DNA of 63,465 nucleotides, the filler included, from Octopus bimaculoides (lineage: Eukaryota), in assembly GCF_001194135.2 (NCBI RefSeq). It is 3 parts of 3 records of this genome, joined end to end, with 100 filler letters (N's around TTAATTAATTAA, not from the genome) between each part and the next. Parts side by side here need not be neighbours in the genome. Positions count along the whole stretch, not along the records: positions 1 to 26,839 come from NC_068996.1; 2 more parts are not named here. The stretch is one strand, 5' to 3'. Below, piece after piece: positions 1-13,429 of this stretch. The translations under genes and the position numbers were made by a program. The notes beneath the pieces are model-generated. The model did no database searches. It saw only the letters and a list, made by a program, of their open reading frames with translations, and was not told the origin of the DNA. Each line of letters starts with the position of its first letter. Within the stretch, counting starts at the first letter, position 1.

Positions 1-2501
1 TGTGTGTGTGTGTGTGTGTGTGTGTGTATTTATACGTACATTCGAATACAGATTGATAGATAACTTGCTGAGAAAGCTTAAGGAATGGCGGAAATTCTTG
101 TGTCTAAGCTGTCTTAGTATTTCATTTGTATTTCTTTTCAGTTAATTAATAGCTTCTCCATAACAACAGAAATATCCATACCAAAAGTATTTTCCCCTAA
201 AATGTTTTCATTAATCCGCTGTGATAATGTATATACGCTGTTGCATTTTAGCTTTACAAAAATAACTTAAGATGAAAAAATGTGGCGCTTAAACTGATAT
301 CACGTTTGTAGTGAAGTCCCATATGTTGTAGTTGTGTTTGTTTTGGCCTCAGGCCATCTTCCATTAAGCAGTCTTCTTATTAAAGTTGTTCGAGTCATGA
401 CCATGCAATGTCTGTATTCTTCTGAATGTTTCTAGATTTTCTGTGTCCAATGCCATCGTCGTGTTTAAAACACCAGAACATTATTTGAAGGAGATTAGGC
501 CGCCGCCGATTGTAACATTAAGAACGAACATACAGACTGTATTTTGTTGGCTCTTTTAGCAGGACATAATATCTTAAAGATTCAGGAAAGTATCAGAGCA
601 ATAATGATGATTAAATGTGAAAAACTTTAATGCTTGATACCGTATGGGGAACTAATTCTGTTGAAATAATTTACTGCTACAGTGCGTATACAAAAGCAAA
701 CCAAATATTACTTGAACTTTCTGTTTGCGTTTATTTTCTTCGAGATGCTTGCTCTCTTTGCTTATATTACATCAAAACTGATGTCCTGAAATTTCGGTTG
801 ATTATCTTAAAAAGGAAACAAACACACATCCGTGTCGATCACTTGAATGATCAGGCCAAGAAAACCTTTGATCTATATCTGCTCTGTAAGGATATACCCT
901 GAGATAAGCAACAACAGCATAAGCAAGATACACAAGATGCTGGCGACCATGACGACGATGACAGCGATAACGGTGATGATGATGATGATAATGATGATGA
1001 TGATGAGCATAGTAGATAGTTGGAGTACTGCTCAGTTAATGAGTGAACCATTTAGACTCGATGCAAACGATTAAGTTCCTTGCCCCACACAAGGAATTAT
1101 TAGACTGACCGCACTCTAATGACTGAAACAAGTAAAAACTGAACTAATAATGCAACAAACATCCCCAGCATGCATCGGCTGCAATGGTCGTTGTGCATCA
1201 GAAAAGTGTTAGCCTCTAACTTTGGCATTTATTATCTCAATCGTTTAAAGTCTTTTGAAGTTCATTAGTTGATTCCATTATATTTCTGCTTCCTTGTCTA
1301 TAAGCAGTAAGGGTGTTTATGTTTGCTCTTGTGAGTACGACCGTGATAAATGTGTCTATTTCAATTCAAACATCATTACTTATTTATATAGTTTTGCCTT
1401 TTACGAATGAAGTATGGTTGTGTTAAACTTTCTGTTATTTATTTTATATTTTTCAGTTTAAATAATGTATATTGTGTAACACAGTACAAAGCACTGATTT
1501 TAAAAGTATATAGATGTCTAGACCAACTGTTGTCGATTACTTTTATTAAGAGAATTCAGTAACTTTACATCACAGCTCCCATATTGTCTAGATATATAAT
1601 TGCAGTCAGCATGAGCTTTCGGATTATACAATTAAAGATTTACAGGTTTGTTAAGTGTTTTCGTATTTCTATGTCCATTAAAAAGGAAAACAAGCTTCCA
1701 ATTTATTATATTCAAGAACCACTTTCTTGCAGACACGGCCCACAAGTCGTTAGCATTCATATTTTTGTTTTCTTTAACATTGAGAACTCTATAAAACCTC
1801 TAAGAGCTTTCTGATGCATTTAGCTTCGAATATAGAACCACTTCGGTGTTTTTCATTTTTGTATGTATTTGTTTTCATTTAGTCGATAGTCAAAACGTTT
1901 AGTTATATTGAACACTTCTGCAATTTTATTTACTTAACATTTTGTAAACGTAATTTGCATATTCATAGATTATTGCAATAATACTATTTTCAATTATTAT
2001 TTTATTTTGTGTTTCAAATTTGGTTCTTCAGCCGTTTCTTGTGATTGTTATACATGCATAAATAGAGACACACACAGCCACATGCACAAATACAGGCGCA
2101 GGTACGTCGATACTCACAAGCACGTACACATACACACACACACACACACACACAGACACGTATCCATCGACACACGTGAAAAGTCAGGTATACTCCATTG
2201 CCTCCTATCAGTTTCGTTACACTGTGCTAATCAGTGGCTTTTCTTAACGTGAATGTGCGTGTGTGTGTTTGTGCAGAGAGAGACGGCGAGAGCAAGAGAG
2301 AAATATATAAATATATGTATATATATATATATATNNNNNNNNNNNNNNNNNNNNNNNNNNNNNNNNNNNNNNNNNNNNNNNNNNNNNNNNNNNNNNNNNN
2401 NNNNNNNNNNNNNNNNNNNNNNNNNNNNNNNNNNNNNNNNNNNNNNNNNNNNNNNNNNNNNNNNNNNNNNNNNNNNNNNNNNNNNNNNNNNNNNNNNNNN
2501 N

Positions 2502-2539
<38 letters not shown>

Positions 2540-2640
2540 ATTATCAGTCCTCGTGATAAGTCGACCTATGCTAGACTTATGATCAAGGGAAGACCATCCG
2601 TGTCGATCACTTATTTCATTTCAGAGGTTGATCGTGCTAT

Positions 2641-2848
2641 GAGGCGAGTTGGCAGAATCGTTAACACGCCGGGCGAAATGCTTATCGGTATTTCGTCTGC
2701 CGTTACGTTCTGAGTTCAAATTCCCCCGAGGTCGACTTTGCACTTCATCTTTTCGAGATCGATAAATAAAAGTACCAGTTGTGTACTGGGGTCGATCTAA
2801 TCGACTAGACCCCTCCCCAAAAATGTCAGGACTTGTGCCTAGAGTAGA
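2641..2848 (+). mobile_element. tRNA-derived SINE, family A
   Basis: Head TGGCAGAATCGTT..GAGTTCAAATT (A/B-box-like), core GAGGTCGACTTTGC..GTCGATAAA..GTACCAG..ACTGGGGTCGAT..AATCGAC, and tail TTGTGCCTAGAGTAGA are all shared with multiple copies in the window. Confidence 0.85.
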
Positions 2849-4404
2849 CTCGTGCTTTAAGAGCTACATTATCCAAGTTTTGTTTTTGACATTTGCTTTT
2901 CCTCGAGACAGAAGAGTACATTTTAAAGGTAATTTCGTTGATATATTTAATAATTTGTGTGAACCTTCTCTAATTTTCTCGTTGTTACTGTGCTCATCAT
3001 CTTGGTTTTGTCATTCGTAATGTTGAAATTGTTATTGTCGTCCAGCCCCGATCAACATTCACAGTTCTTATGAAATGCATTTTGCTTGCAACAATCTTTA
3101 CTAGTTTAAGACAGAGTAACTAGCATTACATTATTTATATTGGCATATATTTTAAGATTGCACGATCCTATTTAAAGGAAATTTGATTATCATTTCTAAT
3201 ACATCAAGCGATCATGCAAAATTTCTCGCATTTGTCTCATACGGCTACTGTGTTTGAATGTGCATGTGTGAATGTATAAATGTATGTGAGAATAACTGTG
3301 TATATATGTATAGGTATAATTGTATGTATGTGTAGCTATGTCTATATGCAAGCATGACGAGGTATGTGAATGTAAATGTGTGTCTGTTCTATGTAGTTGT
3401 ATTATGTATGTAAATATGAGTGTTTATGTGTGCGCGCTGATAAACCATCTTTAGCAGGAATTGTAGCAACAATTTTATGAAATATTTATTTGATTACCTT
3501 AAAAAATTAAGTATTATTTAAGAGAATATTCCGATTTTTTAAAATATTTCCAGTGCAATTTCATATAGAAAAAATATTCTCAGGTATTTGTGAACGTCCA
3601 CTTTGCGTGTTTCGTTGATTTATTTTTCAACTCGTCGTAGTCAACAGATAGTGACAGTTAAGCTTCACGGTCGTTGTCCGTTTAACATTGATTAAAATTG
3701 TTATAAATCAAAACTATTTACTAGTTCAGCAAGTTGGAAATACTTTAACTATTTCGAGATTTTAATATTTTCTGTTTTTCCTTTTGATTTTCTTTTTGTA
3801 TATATAAATCCACATTTATCGTTCAACTTGTATCTTCCTGTCGTATTTGCCCGTTGCAGAAGACATCTATGCTTGGCTTTCTGAAATCTACCTAGCTCTT
3901 TCTATACCTACTGAAGTAGAGAATATTCGGACGCTTACCATAAGGCAAATATACGTATAATTTTTTTGTATATGGGGATATTTGCGATTCATTATTCATT
4001 TTTTTTATTTTCCATACACATTGTCCCCGACAACTTAATTAGTTATAATTAGTTAAAGCACTCGGTCAATAAGTGTCTTGATTAGCTGACTTCAGATAAA
4101 CCTTACCAAGTTCATATCTTTCATTCATTCTCTCCTCTCTTTCTCACTGTCTCTCTCTCTCTCACTCTCTCTACCTCTCCACTTCCATCTATCTATCTAT
4201 CTATCTTTCTATCTATCTAATTATTCATCAATCAATCTATTTCTGTCTTTCCGTGTATACGTATATATGCGTATGTGCACTGGCGTTCTAATTTATGCAT
4301 ATATCTGTGTATGTGTATGCACGTGTGTGTGTACGTGCGTGTGTGTGTGTGTACGTGTGTGTGTGTGTGTGTGTTTGTGTGTGTGTGCATGTGTGTGTGT
4401 GTTT

Positions 4405-5810
4405 GTATTTCTTCCCAAAATTCACAAGTCCAACAACCCTGACCGCCCCATCTTCTCTGCCTCCAACTGCCCCACAGGAATGATCTCCAAATACCTCGAC
4501 TTTGCCCTTGCCCCCTGCTTAATGGCTTCCTTCCCCTCACACACCCTCGACACCATCTGTTTAGCTCTTTCTCCTTCCCTTCTGGCCTCTCTAAACTTCT
4601 GTTCACTCTTAATATTAGAAGTATGTATACAGTGGTCACACACAACGAAGGACTTCTTGCACTTAAGCACTTCCTTGATCTTCGGTCTGACCCTCAACCT
4701 GACATCTCCACACTTCGTCTGGCCGAAATTGTCCTCTCTCTCTCAACTGCTTCTCGCTCGTGGGGGAGATTTTTCCAACAAATCTCGTGAGTGGCCATGT
4801 AAACTAGAATGAACTCCAACCATACGAACCTTTTCGTTGGCTCTGTTGAGGCCTAAATATTCTTACAATTCACTGGTCTCACTCCTGAGATATACGGGCA
4901 TCATATCGATGACTGAATTGATGTGACCTTCTCTTCTTTGTTCAATCTTTCCATCCTGCTCTCCGTTTCTCCTGCACTATCTCTGACTATTCCGTCAAAT
5001 TTCTCGACATTTCAGCATACACCACTCCACTCGCACTACCTCAATACGCTACAAACACACTGACTCACACTACTACCGTAAATTCTTCTCCTCCTACCCT
5101 ACCCAGACCAAGCTCTCCATCCCCTACTCCTAATTCCTCCATCTATGCGACTCTGCAGTGACGACCATGACTCAGTCTCAACTCATGGCTCACCACTTCA
5201 TCTTACGTAAATATCCCCTCACCATTATGCACACTACTTTTGTCCGGGTATGATTGGTGAACCATGCCTCTGCTCTCTCTCCTCGCACCCGCCATACCTT
5301 TATCCGTCTTCTCTTTCCCCTCACCTACCACCTCTCCACCGTACCTTTCCAGCGCACCATTCTTCGAGTCTTCCGACGACTCCAGTCCACTCATCCAACT
5401 CACACATCTTATCCAACCTATTTCTTCCACCCTGCAAACAATTCCTTCCCTACACCCGACTCCCATCCTGGCTTATTCCCCCTGATCTTGCCCACGCTGT
5501 CGCACCTGTTCCTACCTCTCCAACACCACCATCCTCACAAGCACCCATCACCGTCTCCATCACGTCACCGGCTCCTTTACCTGCACCTCTAGTAATGTTA
5601 TTTACTGCATATCCTATTCTCTCTGTCCTCCGTTGTACATTGATCAAACGGGACACTGCTTGGTTGATCGTTTAGACTATCTCTACACAAGGGCCACCCA
5701 GAGTCCTGTCTTTGCCCTGAACAGGATTAATCTCTTTTCGTTCCTTTGCGCCATATGGTTTCAACTCATCTCCACTTTCCATCTAACACCAACCCCACTG
5801 GGATTCCCAC
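4405..5810 (+). mobile_element. Degenerate Penelope-like retroelement (RT plus Cys-rich linker plus GIY-YIG endonuclease)
   Basis: Manual translation across frameshifts gives LPKIHKSNNPDRPIFSASNCPTGMISKYLD (from 4411), HNEGLLALKHFLDLR, FQQIS*VAM*TRM, YGHHIDD (RT YIDD-like, 4902-4913), PLTYHLST..ILRVFRRLQ, CPRCRTC, and FTCTSSNVIYCIS...LYIDQTG (GIY-YIG, ~5594-5653). Confidence 0.9.
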
Positions 5811-6989
5811 ATACCCCCAACACTAAACTACTCCCTCTACCAACATACCTTCATACCCAACTTTGTACTTTCACCAGACATGCACCGCTATATACACACC
5901 CATACACACTCTTAAACTCACCACTCACTTTACACTCCACTACACACACACACACACACACAACTACCTACTCCACATGCACTAGCATTGACCACTTCTC
6001 AGCACTCACACCACACACCATTATCCACACACCCACACACAAATTTCAATGACGTTACCACACATACCACTATACGAGCAGTCACACTCACTGTTTTACT
6101 CAGTAAACACATCACACACAGTCCGTCATACACACGTCCACAACCACACAAGTTTATAATACCTGAACACAGACGATATATACTCTCACACCCAGAAAGT
6201 ACATAATACCCGAATACAGACGATATATACACACACAAGAAACACGCATAGACACACCTAACATGCATAAACAAAGATAACTTTCGCCCACAAGCATAAA
6301 CTAAACACATGCACACTATTCGGTCGCAAGCACGCACGCACACAAACACATACACATGTGCACACATTACATGAAAAAACACACATCAACAGCTACTCAT
6401 AACGCACACACACAAACGTTACACATGCACACATACACCGCACATACACACCGCACACACACGTCACACTCGCACATACACATGTCAGACTCTCTCACCC
6501 CTTCACACTCATACACTCATACTCATACACATTCACACACGCACACGCACACCATTCCCATATACACACACGCTCGCGCACCTTAGTTCGTTGAGATCAT
6601 TATTATATCCCTTTTATTCAACCACTTTTTTTTCTAGCCGTATGCAATGTTGGTACGCTGAACTCTACGCGGCTGTTTTCTATTTTTTTTTTTCATCACT
6701 CTCCATTTTTTTCCCTAAGAATAATTTAGTTCGGTGGCAGTGCTACAACTAGTACTGCTTATGTTGGCAGTGGTGGTTTTGGTGGCATTGGTAGTAATGA
6801 CGGTGGTGGTGGTGGTAGCAGTGCTAGTGCAAAACGGGATGGTAAATGTAGAAATGGCTCAGAGTGGTGTTGTAGTCTTATTAAGGTGATGGTGAGTACA
6901 ACGATGCTAGTGGTAGAAATGACTTTGGCGGTTATGTAGATGAGAAGGCTGTGATATTGTCGATTCTTCGATGTCAAAGACAAAACTAT

Positions 6990-7024
<35 letters not shown>

Positions 7025-7191
7025 CAAACAAATATGTGCGTGTATGTATGTATGTGTATATATATGAATATATGTGTATGTACGTATGTATATATATATG
7101 TATATATACGTGTGTATATATATATATGTATATATATGCGTGTATACATATATATATATATGTATGTGTGTAGTACATCTATCTATCTATC

Positions 7192-7240
<49 letters not shown>

Positions 7241-7320
7241 GTATATATATATATGCGTGTGTGTATTTATATATATATTTGTATGTGTGTATGTATATAT
7301 ATATGTGTGTATATATATGA

Positions 7321-7359
<39 letters not shown>

Positions 7360-7548
7360 NNNNNNNNNNNNNNNNNNNNNNNNNNNNNNNNNNNNNNNNN
7401 NNNNNNNNNNNNNNNNNNNNNNNNNNNNNNNNNNNNNNNNNNNNNNNNNNNNNNNNNNNNNNNNNNNNNNNNNNNNNNNNNNNNNNNNNNNNNNNNNNNN
7501 NNNNNNNNNTATATATATGTATGTGTGTAGTACATCTATCTATCTATC

Positions 7549-7597
<49 letters not shown>

Positions 7598-7974
7598 GTA
7601 TATATATATATATGTATATATATACTCGGTTTTGCCTGATGGCTGTCACGTTGATGCATCGTTAAAAGAAGCCATTAAATTTCCCGGAAATGGCTAAATG
7701 AAAAGAATAAATCGCAACTGTCCAGTGTAGCTTTGTCCCAATGTTAGGTTTCTGATTCCGGACAAGTCATGTGGGTGACACTTCTAAGTACTTAAAGAAT
7801 GGCTAGGTGTCAAAGGAGACGGATGTGAGGTTAGTGTGATGGGGTAGGGAGGAGTCGATAAAGTTCGTTAGATCACCAACCAACGGTTGTGTGGTTTGTG
7901 GTTTTCCGATTTTGAGGTTTCACGTTATTAGTCGCTTATTGTTCATATTAATATTATTCCTTTTCGCGTCTTCC

Positions 7975-8203
7975 TTCAATTCTTCTTCTTCTTCTTCTTC
8001 TTCTTCTTCTTCTTCTTCTTCTTCTTCTTCTTCTTCTTCTTCTTCTTCTTTTTCTTCTTCTTCTTTTTCTTCTTCTTCTTCTTCTTCTTCTTCTTCTTCT
8101 TTTTCTTCTTCTTCTTCTTCTTCTTCTTTTTCTTCTTCTTCTTCTTCTTCTTCTTCTTCTTCTTCTTCTTCTTCTTCTTCTTCTTCTACTACTACTACTA
8201 CTA
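7975..8203. repeat. (TTC)n followed by (CTA)n microsatellite
   Basis: Directly visible. Confidence 0.97.
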
Positions 8204-8789
8204 CGTTTCTTCTGCTTTTCCTTCTGATATTTTTTGTTGTAGCAACAAAAGCATCAGAAGGAAGGCAATAGCAGTTATTTTAGATATTGTTTTTGTTATT
8301 TGTTGTTTTTGTTGATACTTTTCCATTTGTTTTTGATGTTATTGTTGTTACTATTTAGTTGCTGTAATTCGGTAAGTTCGGTTCTCTTGATGGTGTTTTC
8401 GGTTAGGGTTTCCTGTATTGCATTGCTGCTTTATTTTGTTGTAAATTTTTGTTGGTGAATCTACTCTTAAATCAGTAATAACATCAGCGACCGCAACAAC
8501 AACAGCAGCAATAACAACAAGATAAAGGAAACTATACTCAAGTAAACGAACAATGAGACAACCAAGACCACCCACAACGAACCGATGGAAACAACACAAG
8601 CACGGTAATAACTAAAAACAAAAACTACAGAAACAACAACAACAGTGTCAATAAAAACACACAAGATAACAGCTGGAGGAGTAGCAGCATAAACAACGGT
8701 GCCAAAGAACACTGGCAACAAATGCATCGGCAATGTAATACCATTGCCATGCATACATCAACAGGAACATTACTACTATTGCTACTACC

Positions 8790-8823
8790 GTTGATGATGA
8801 TGACGATGATGATGATGGTGGTA

Positions 8824-8875
<52 letters not shown>

Positions 8876-8919
8876 GGATGACGGCGATGATAATGATGAG
8901 GATAATAATAATGTTGATG
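8790..8919. repeat. (GAT)n microsatellite within degenerate TTG/AAC low-complexity DNA (8270-8760)
   Basis: Directly visible. Confidence 0.95.
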
Positions 8920-9058
8920 NNNNNNNNNNNNNNNNNNNNNNNNNNNNNNNNNNNNNNNNNNNNNNNNNNNNNNNNNNNNNNNNNNNNNNNNNNNNNNNNN
9001 NNNNNNNNNNNNNNNNNNNNNNNNNNNNNNNNNNNNNNNNNNNNNNNNNNNNNNNNNN

Positions 9059-9093
<35 letters not shown>

Positions 9094-9426
9094 CATATAT
9101 ATATGAACAACAGTGATAATAACATTAAACAGCAACATGAGTGAAAACAACATTAAGCATTAACAACAAAAGCTAATAATATGGGATATTAATTTGTAGA
9201 TTCTTCCTCCACTCGCTGCTATTCTTTACTGTTACAGAAAATACTACTAAGTGGAATGGAAAGGAGGAAAGATTTAAGAGGTTATCGAAGGGGAAAGAAT
9301 GGCGAAAAAAGAAAACCGCTTCAGGATACATACATTACATACATACATACATACATATATATATGTATGTATATATATATATATACATGTATGTATGTAT
9401 GTATGTATGTATGTATATATATATAA

Positions 9427-9528
<102 letters not shown>

Positions 9529-10882
9529 ATATATATATGTATCTATGTATCTATGTATGAATTATATTAGCTTCCATTTTTTAATTAGGATTATAAATAG
9601 AATTCTACAATATTTAAAATTTTTGTGCCATAAATTCAACAAAAATGACAAGTAGCTATAGGCTTTTTTAAAATGACGTTCGTTTTTGATTAATTAAAGC
9701 ATTAACGTATGTGTGCATGCATTTACACACACACATACACGCAAAAAAACAAACACACGCATGCACACACAAACATAAACACACACTCAGACATACACAC
9801 AGAGATAAACACGCAAATATGTATTTGTACATCCAGTTTTTTTTCTACATATACGATATATAGACATATTTGTGTGTGTATGTATANNNNNNNNNNNNNN
9901 NNNNNNNNNNNNNNNNNNNNNNNNNNNNNNNNNNNNNNNNNNNNNNNNNNNNNNNNNNNNNNNNNNNNNNNNNNNNNNNNNNNNNNNNNNNNNNNNNNNN
10001 NNNNNNNNNNNNNNNNNNNNNNNNNNNNNNNNNNNNNNNNNNNNNNNNNNNNNNNNNNNNNNNNNNNNNNNNNNNNNNNNNNNNNNNNNNNNNNNNNNNN
10101 NNNNNNNNNNNNNNNNNNNNNNNNNNNNNNNNNNNNNNNNNNNNNNNNNNNNNNNNNNNNNNNNNNNNNNNNNNNNNNNNNNNNNNNNNNNNNNNNNNNN
10201 NNNNNNNNNNNNNNNNNNNNNNNNNNNNNNNNNNNNNNNNNNNNNNNNNNNNNNNNNNNNNNNNNNNNNNNNNNNNNNNNNNNNNNNNNNNNNNNNNNNN
10301 NNNNNNNNNNNNNNNNNNNNNNNNNNNNNNNNNNNNNNNNNNNNNNNNNNNNNNNNNNNNNNNNNNNNNNNNNNNNNNNNNNNNNNNNNNNNNNNNNNNN
10401 NNNNNNNNNNNNNNNNNNNNNNNNNNNNNNNNNNNNNNNNNNNNNNNNNNNNNNNNNNNNNNNNNNNNNNNNNNNNNNNNNNNNNNNNNNNNNNNNNNNN
10501 NNNNNNNNNNNNNNNNNNNNNNNNNNNNNNNNNNNNNNNNNNNNNNNNNNNNNNNNNNNNNNNNNNNNNNNNNNNNNNNNNNNNNNNNNNNNNNNNNNNN
10601 NNNNNNNNNNNNNNNNNNNNNNNNNNNNNTATATATAAAGAGATAGATATATATGAATATATTTAATTAGCTAGCATCCCTGTATGTGTCCATATGCATA
10701 TATATATCTTCATAACATTAAGCAAAAGACGAATTAATAAGTCCTACTATTACTTATGTAGTTAAGCATCTCTTTATAGGCTACATTATATATGAGCGGG
10801 CTTATGCATCTTTGTATGAATGTCGAAAAAGGAAGAAAGAGAGAGAGAGAGAAAGAGAGAGAGAGATAGAGAGAGAGAGATA

Positions 10883-10914
<32 letters not shown>

Positions 10915-11027
10915 AAAAGAGAAGGGGGACAGACAGACGGAGAAAGAGAAGGCGAAAGGGAGAGAAATAAATACTTAGATATAGTGAAACACATGCATAT
11001 AAACATAGACGCATGTACGTACGCTTG

Positions 11028-11060
<33 letters not shown>

Positions 11061-11080
11061 GTCTATCTATATATATATTC

Positions 11081-11111
<31 letters not shown>

Positions 11112-11520
11112 CATAAGTACGAACGCACTGCAATACCGCTAAATTTGTTCATATTCTAATTACTGCCGGGTCTCAACAATCCATACACAACAGAGATTTC
11201 ATGTTTATTTCTTTTGTTATTTTATTTTTGTATTTTATAATGACTTTCCAAAGTGGTGTAAGCGTGTGTTGTTGAAGATTTGATAATGGCAAGGCTCATT
11301 CGTAAGATGCAATTTCTCTTATTCAGCAGCGGAAACAGGAGGGTCAGTTCCGTTGATCTCCACCTTAAACAGCTGCAGGTCACGTTGTGCGGTAAACAGA
11401 TGGTGACTCTAAAGAGATGGAACTGGGGGTATGAAAGAGAAATGAAGAACGGTAGTGTTGAGTTCCATCTTCACTCGTGTCAATAAGCTTTGAACAACAG
11501 CTCCTCCGCAGCCACTCGTA

Positions 11521-11656
11521 CTTTATATGGCACGCGGCTGATTGGGGTGAGACAAAAAATAATTTCTGCCGATCGGAAGACTATGCGTTCATCTAACAAT
11601 TATGAAATAAGTTTATTTGTTGCCGAAGACCACGTAGAAAGCTTCTTGCCGCCCAC
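11521..11656 (-). promoter_or_regulatory. Candidate Pol II core promoter motif cluster (GC box, CCAAT, CACGCG, TATAAA)
   Basis: Minus strand: GGGCGG at ~11648-11653, CCAAT at 11545-11541, GCCGCGTGCC at 11538-11529 (GGCACGCGGC on +), TATAAAG at 11527-11521. Motif match only; no gene was identified downstream. Confidence 0.3.
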
Positions 11657-12138
11657 TTTTGCGCTGTGGTTTCCATTCCTCATAGAATATATATTTTATG
11701 GTACTAATCTTTTAGAAGAATACAAAATGTCACAATTCGCACATTCCACTTTAAAATATATTGTAACTGTGTGGTGTTTCTTATCGAAAGAAAGCAAATG
11801 AAGCACGAGCTTCAGGAATGGTGGACATGGTATTGCACAAGAAATATAGGGACAGTTTATTTGGTAAACTCCCTATTTTGAGCGCCATTTCGTCCGTTTT
11901 TACGTTTGGGTTTAAATTCCACCAGGGTCTATTTGCATTTCATCTTACCGGATAAGTACCACAAGGATGCGCGAGGATTCCTGTCTCACGGGCACCCTTC
12001 AACGTTTTCAAAGAAAGGGTTTGACTACCCGATAATTTTGGTGCATTTGTTTCTATCTCTGCTTCGAGATACACACACGCACGTATCCACCCCACCACAC
12101 AAATACACATGCATATATGTTTACATATACGTATAAAT

Positions 12139-12518
12139 GGAGGCGCAATGGCCCAGTGGTTAGGGCAGTGGACTCGCGGTCATAGGATCGCGGTTTCGAT
12201 TCCCAGACCGGGTGTCTTGAGTGTTATTGAGCGAAAACACCTAAAGCTACACGAGGCTCCAACAGCGGATGGTGGCGAACCCTGCTGTACTCTTTCACCA
12301 CAGCTTTCTCTCATTCTTACTTACTGTTTCTGTTGTGCCTGTAATTCAAAGGGTCAGCCTTGTCACACTGTGTCACGCTGAATATCCCCGAGAACTACGT
12401 TAAGGGTACACGTGTCTGTGGAGTGCTCAGCCACTTGCACATTAATTTCACGAGCAGGCTGTTCCGTTGATCGGATCAACGGGAACCCTCGATGCCATAA
12501 GCGACGGAGTGCCAACAA
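12139..12518 (+). mobile_element. tRNA-derived SINE, family C (full length)
   Basis: A box TGGCCCAGTGG (12149-12159) and B box GGTTTCGATTCC (12192-12203). Its 3' tail (TTAATTTCACGAGCAGGCTGTTCCGTTGATCGGATCAAC) recurs in reverse at ~42135-42240. Confidence 0.85.
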
Positions 12519-12661
12519 TACTTATAAATATAGAGGTATATATGTATACATATGCATATATCTCTATGTAAATATATAAATATATGTATTGATCTTTGTA
12601 TATAAATATTTAGCCCATTCTGGATTGTCTTGATAATGTTAAGTTATAATGTTGTGTCATA

Positions 12662-12837
12662 GGCGTGGGAGTAACTGTGTGGTAAGTAAACTTGCTTACG
12701 AACCACATACTTCTGGGTTCAGTCCCACTGCGAGGCACCTTGGGCAAGTGTCTTCTACTATAGCCTCGGGCCGACCAAAGCCTTGCGAGTGGATTTAGTA
12801 GGCGGAAATTGAAAGAAGCCCGTCGTATATATATGTT

Positions 12838-12876
<39 letters not shown>

Positions 12877-13306
12877 CTCCTTGTTTCTCTCCTTATTTCT
12901 TTGTGCTCCTTTTAGTTGAAGAGCGTAGCTCGAAGCGTCAAAGATTTTCTCTATTCCCGAGCGTTAAACTAATACATCCATTTGTTGTTTACACCACCTG
13001 TCTTCGTCTGTTATTTTTTTTCGTAAATTCTCCCATATATATATATATACATACATATATATATGTGGGGGGTGCGCGTGCGGTGTGCGTGCGTGTTTTT
13101 GTTTCTGTGTTTGTCCACCCAACATCGCTTGACAACCGATGCTGGTGTGTTTACGTCCCTGTAACTTAGCGGTTCGGCAAAACAGTCCGATAGAATAAGT
13201 ACTACGGTTACAAAGAATAAGTCTTGTGGTCGATTTACTCGACTAAAGTCGGTGCTCCAGTGATGGACACAGTCAAATGACTGAAACAAGCAAAAGAGTA
13301 AAAGAG
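12662..13306 (+). mobile_element. Bipartite tRNA-derived SINE, family B, with a central microsatellite and a ~160-bp insertion
   Basis: tRNA-like head with B box GGGTTCAGTCCC (12715-12726); 5' half ends GAAAGAAGCCCGTCG followed by (TA)n; 3' half runs CATCGCTTGACAACCGATGCTGGTGTG...CAGTCAAATGACTGAAACAAG. Confidence 0.88.
12875..13034 (+). mobile_element. ~160-bp insertion in (TA)n, probable Penelope pLTR-like fragment carrying a decayed minimal hammerhead fold
   Basis: Flanked on both sides by (TA)n and absent from the other family B copies. It contains CTTT-TAGTTGA-A-GAGC-GTA-GCTC-GAAG-CG-TC-AAAG at 12909-12943. Confidence 0.55.
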
Positions 13307-13429
13307 TATATATTTTCGGATATATAATTTTGATTGATATTTTTCTGAATATTTTCGAAATACGACGTTAACACAAAAAAAAACGTTCGTCGCTATTGTA
13401 TTGCGTATTTACCAATTAAAGATGTGATG

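Noticed and set aside
7640-7890. Possible further Penelope RT remnant on the minus strand; similar weak LINE-like traces at 53940-54200
   Set aside because: Only compositional and very loose motif similarity, too weak to call by eye.
8270-8760. Apparent inverted symmetry (TTG-rich then AAC-rich)
   Set aside because: The complementarity is compositional between degenerate trinucleotide repeats; I saw no specific alignable arms.
9709-10666. ORFs of 200-380 aa containing long X runs (also at ~28000, 30000, 34000, 36000, 39500, 40600, 44200, 45900, 52700, 59400, 60700)
   Set aside because: They stay open only because N-gaps contain no stop codons.
12139-12210. tRNA-like sequence as a functional tRNA gene (likewise the heads of SINE families A, B and D)
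   Set aside because: A and B boxes are present, but I could not form a complete cloverleaf and each continues into a SINE body.
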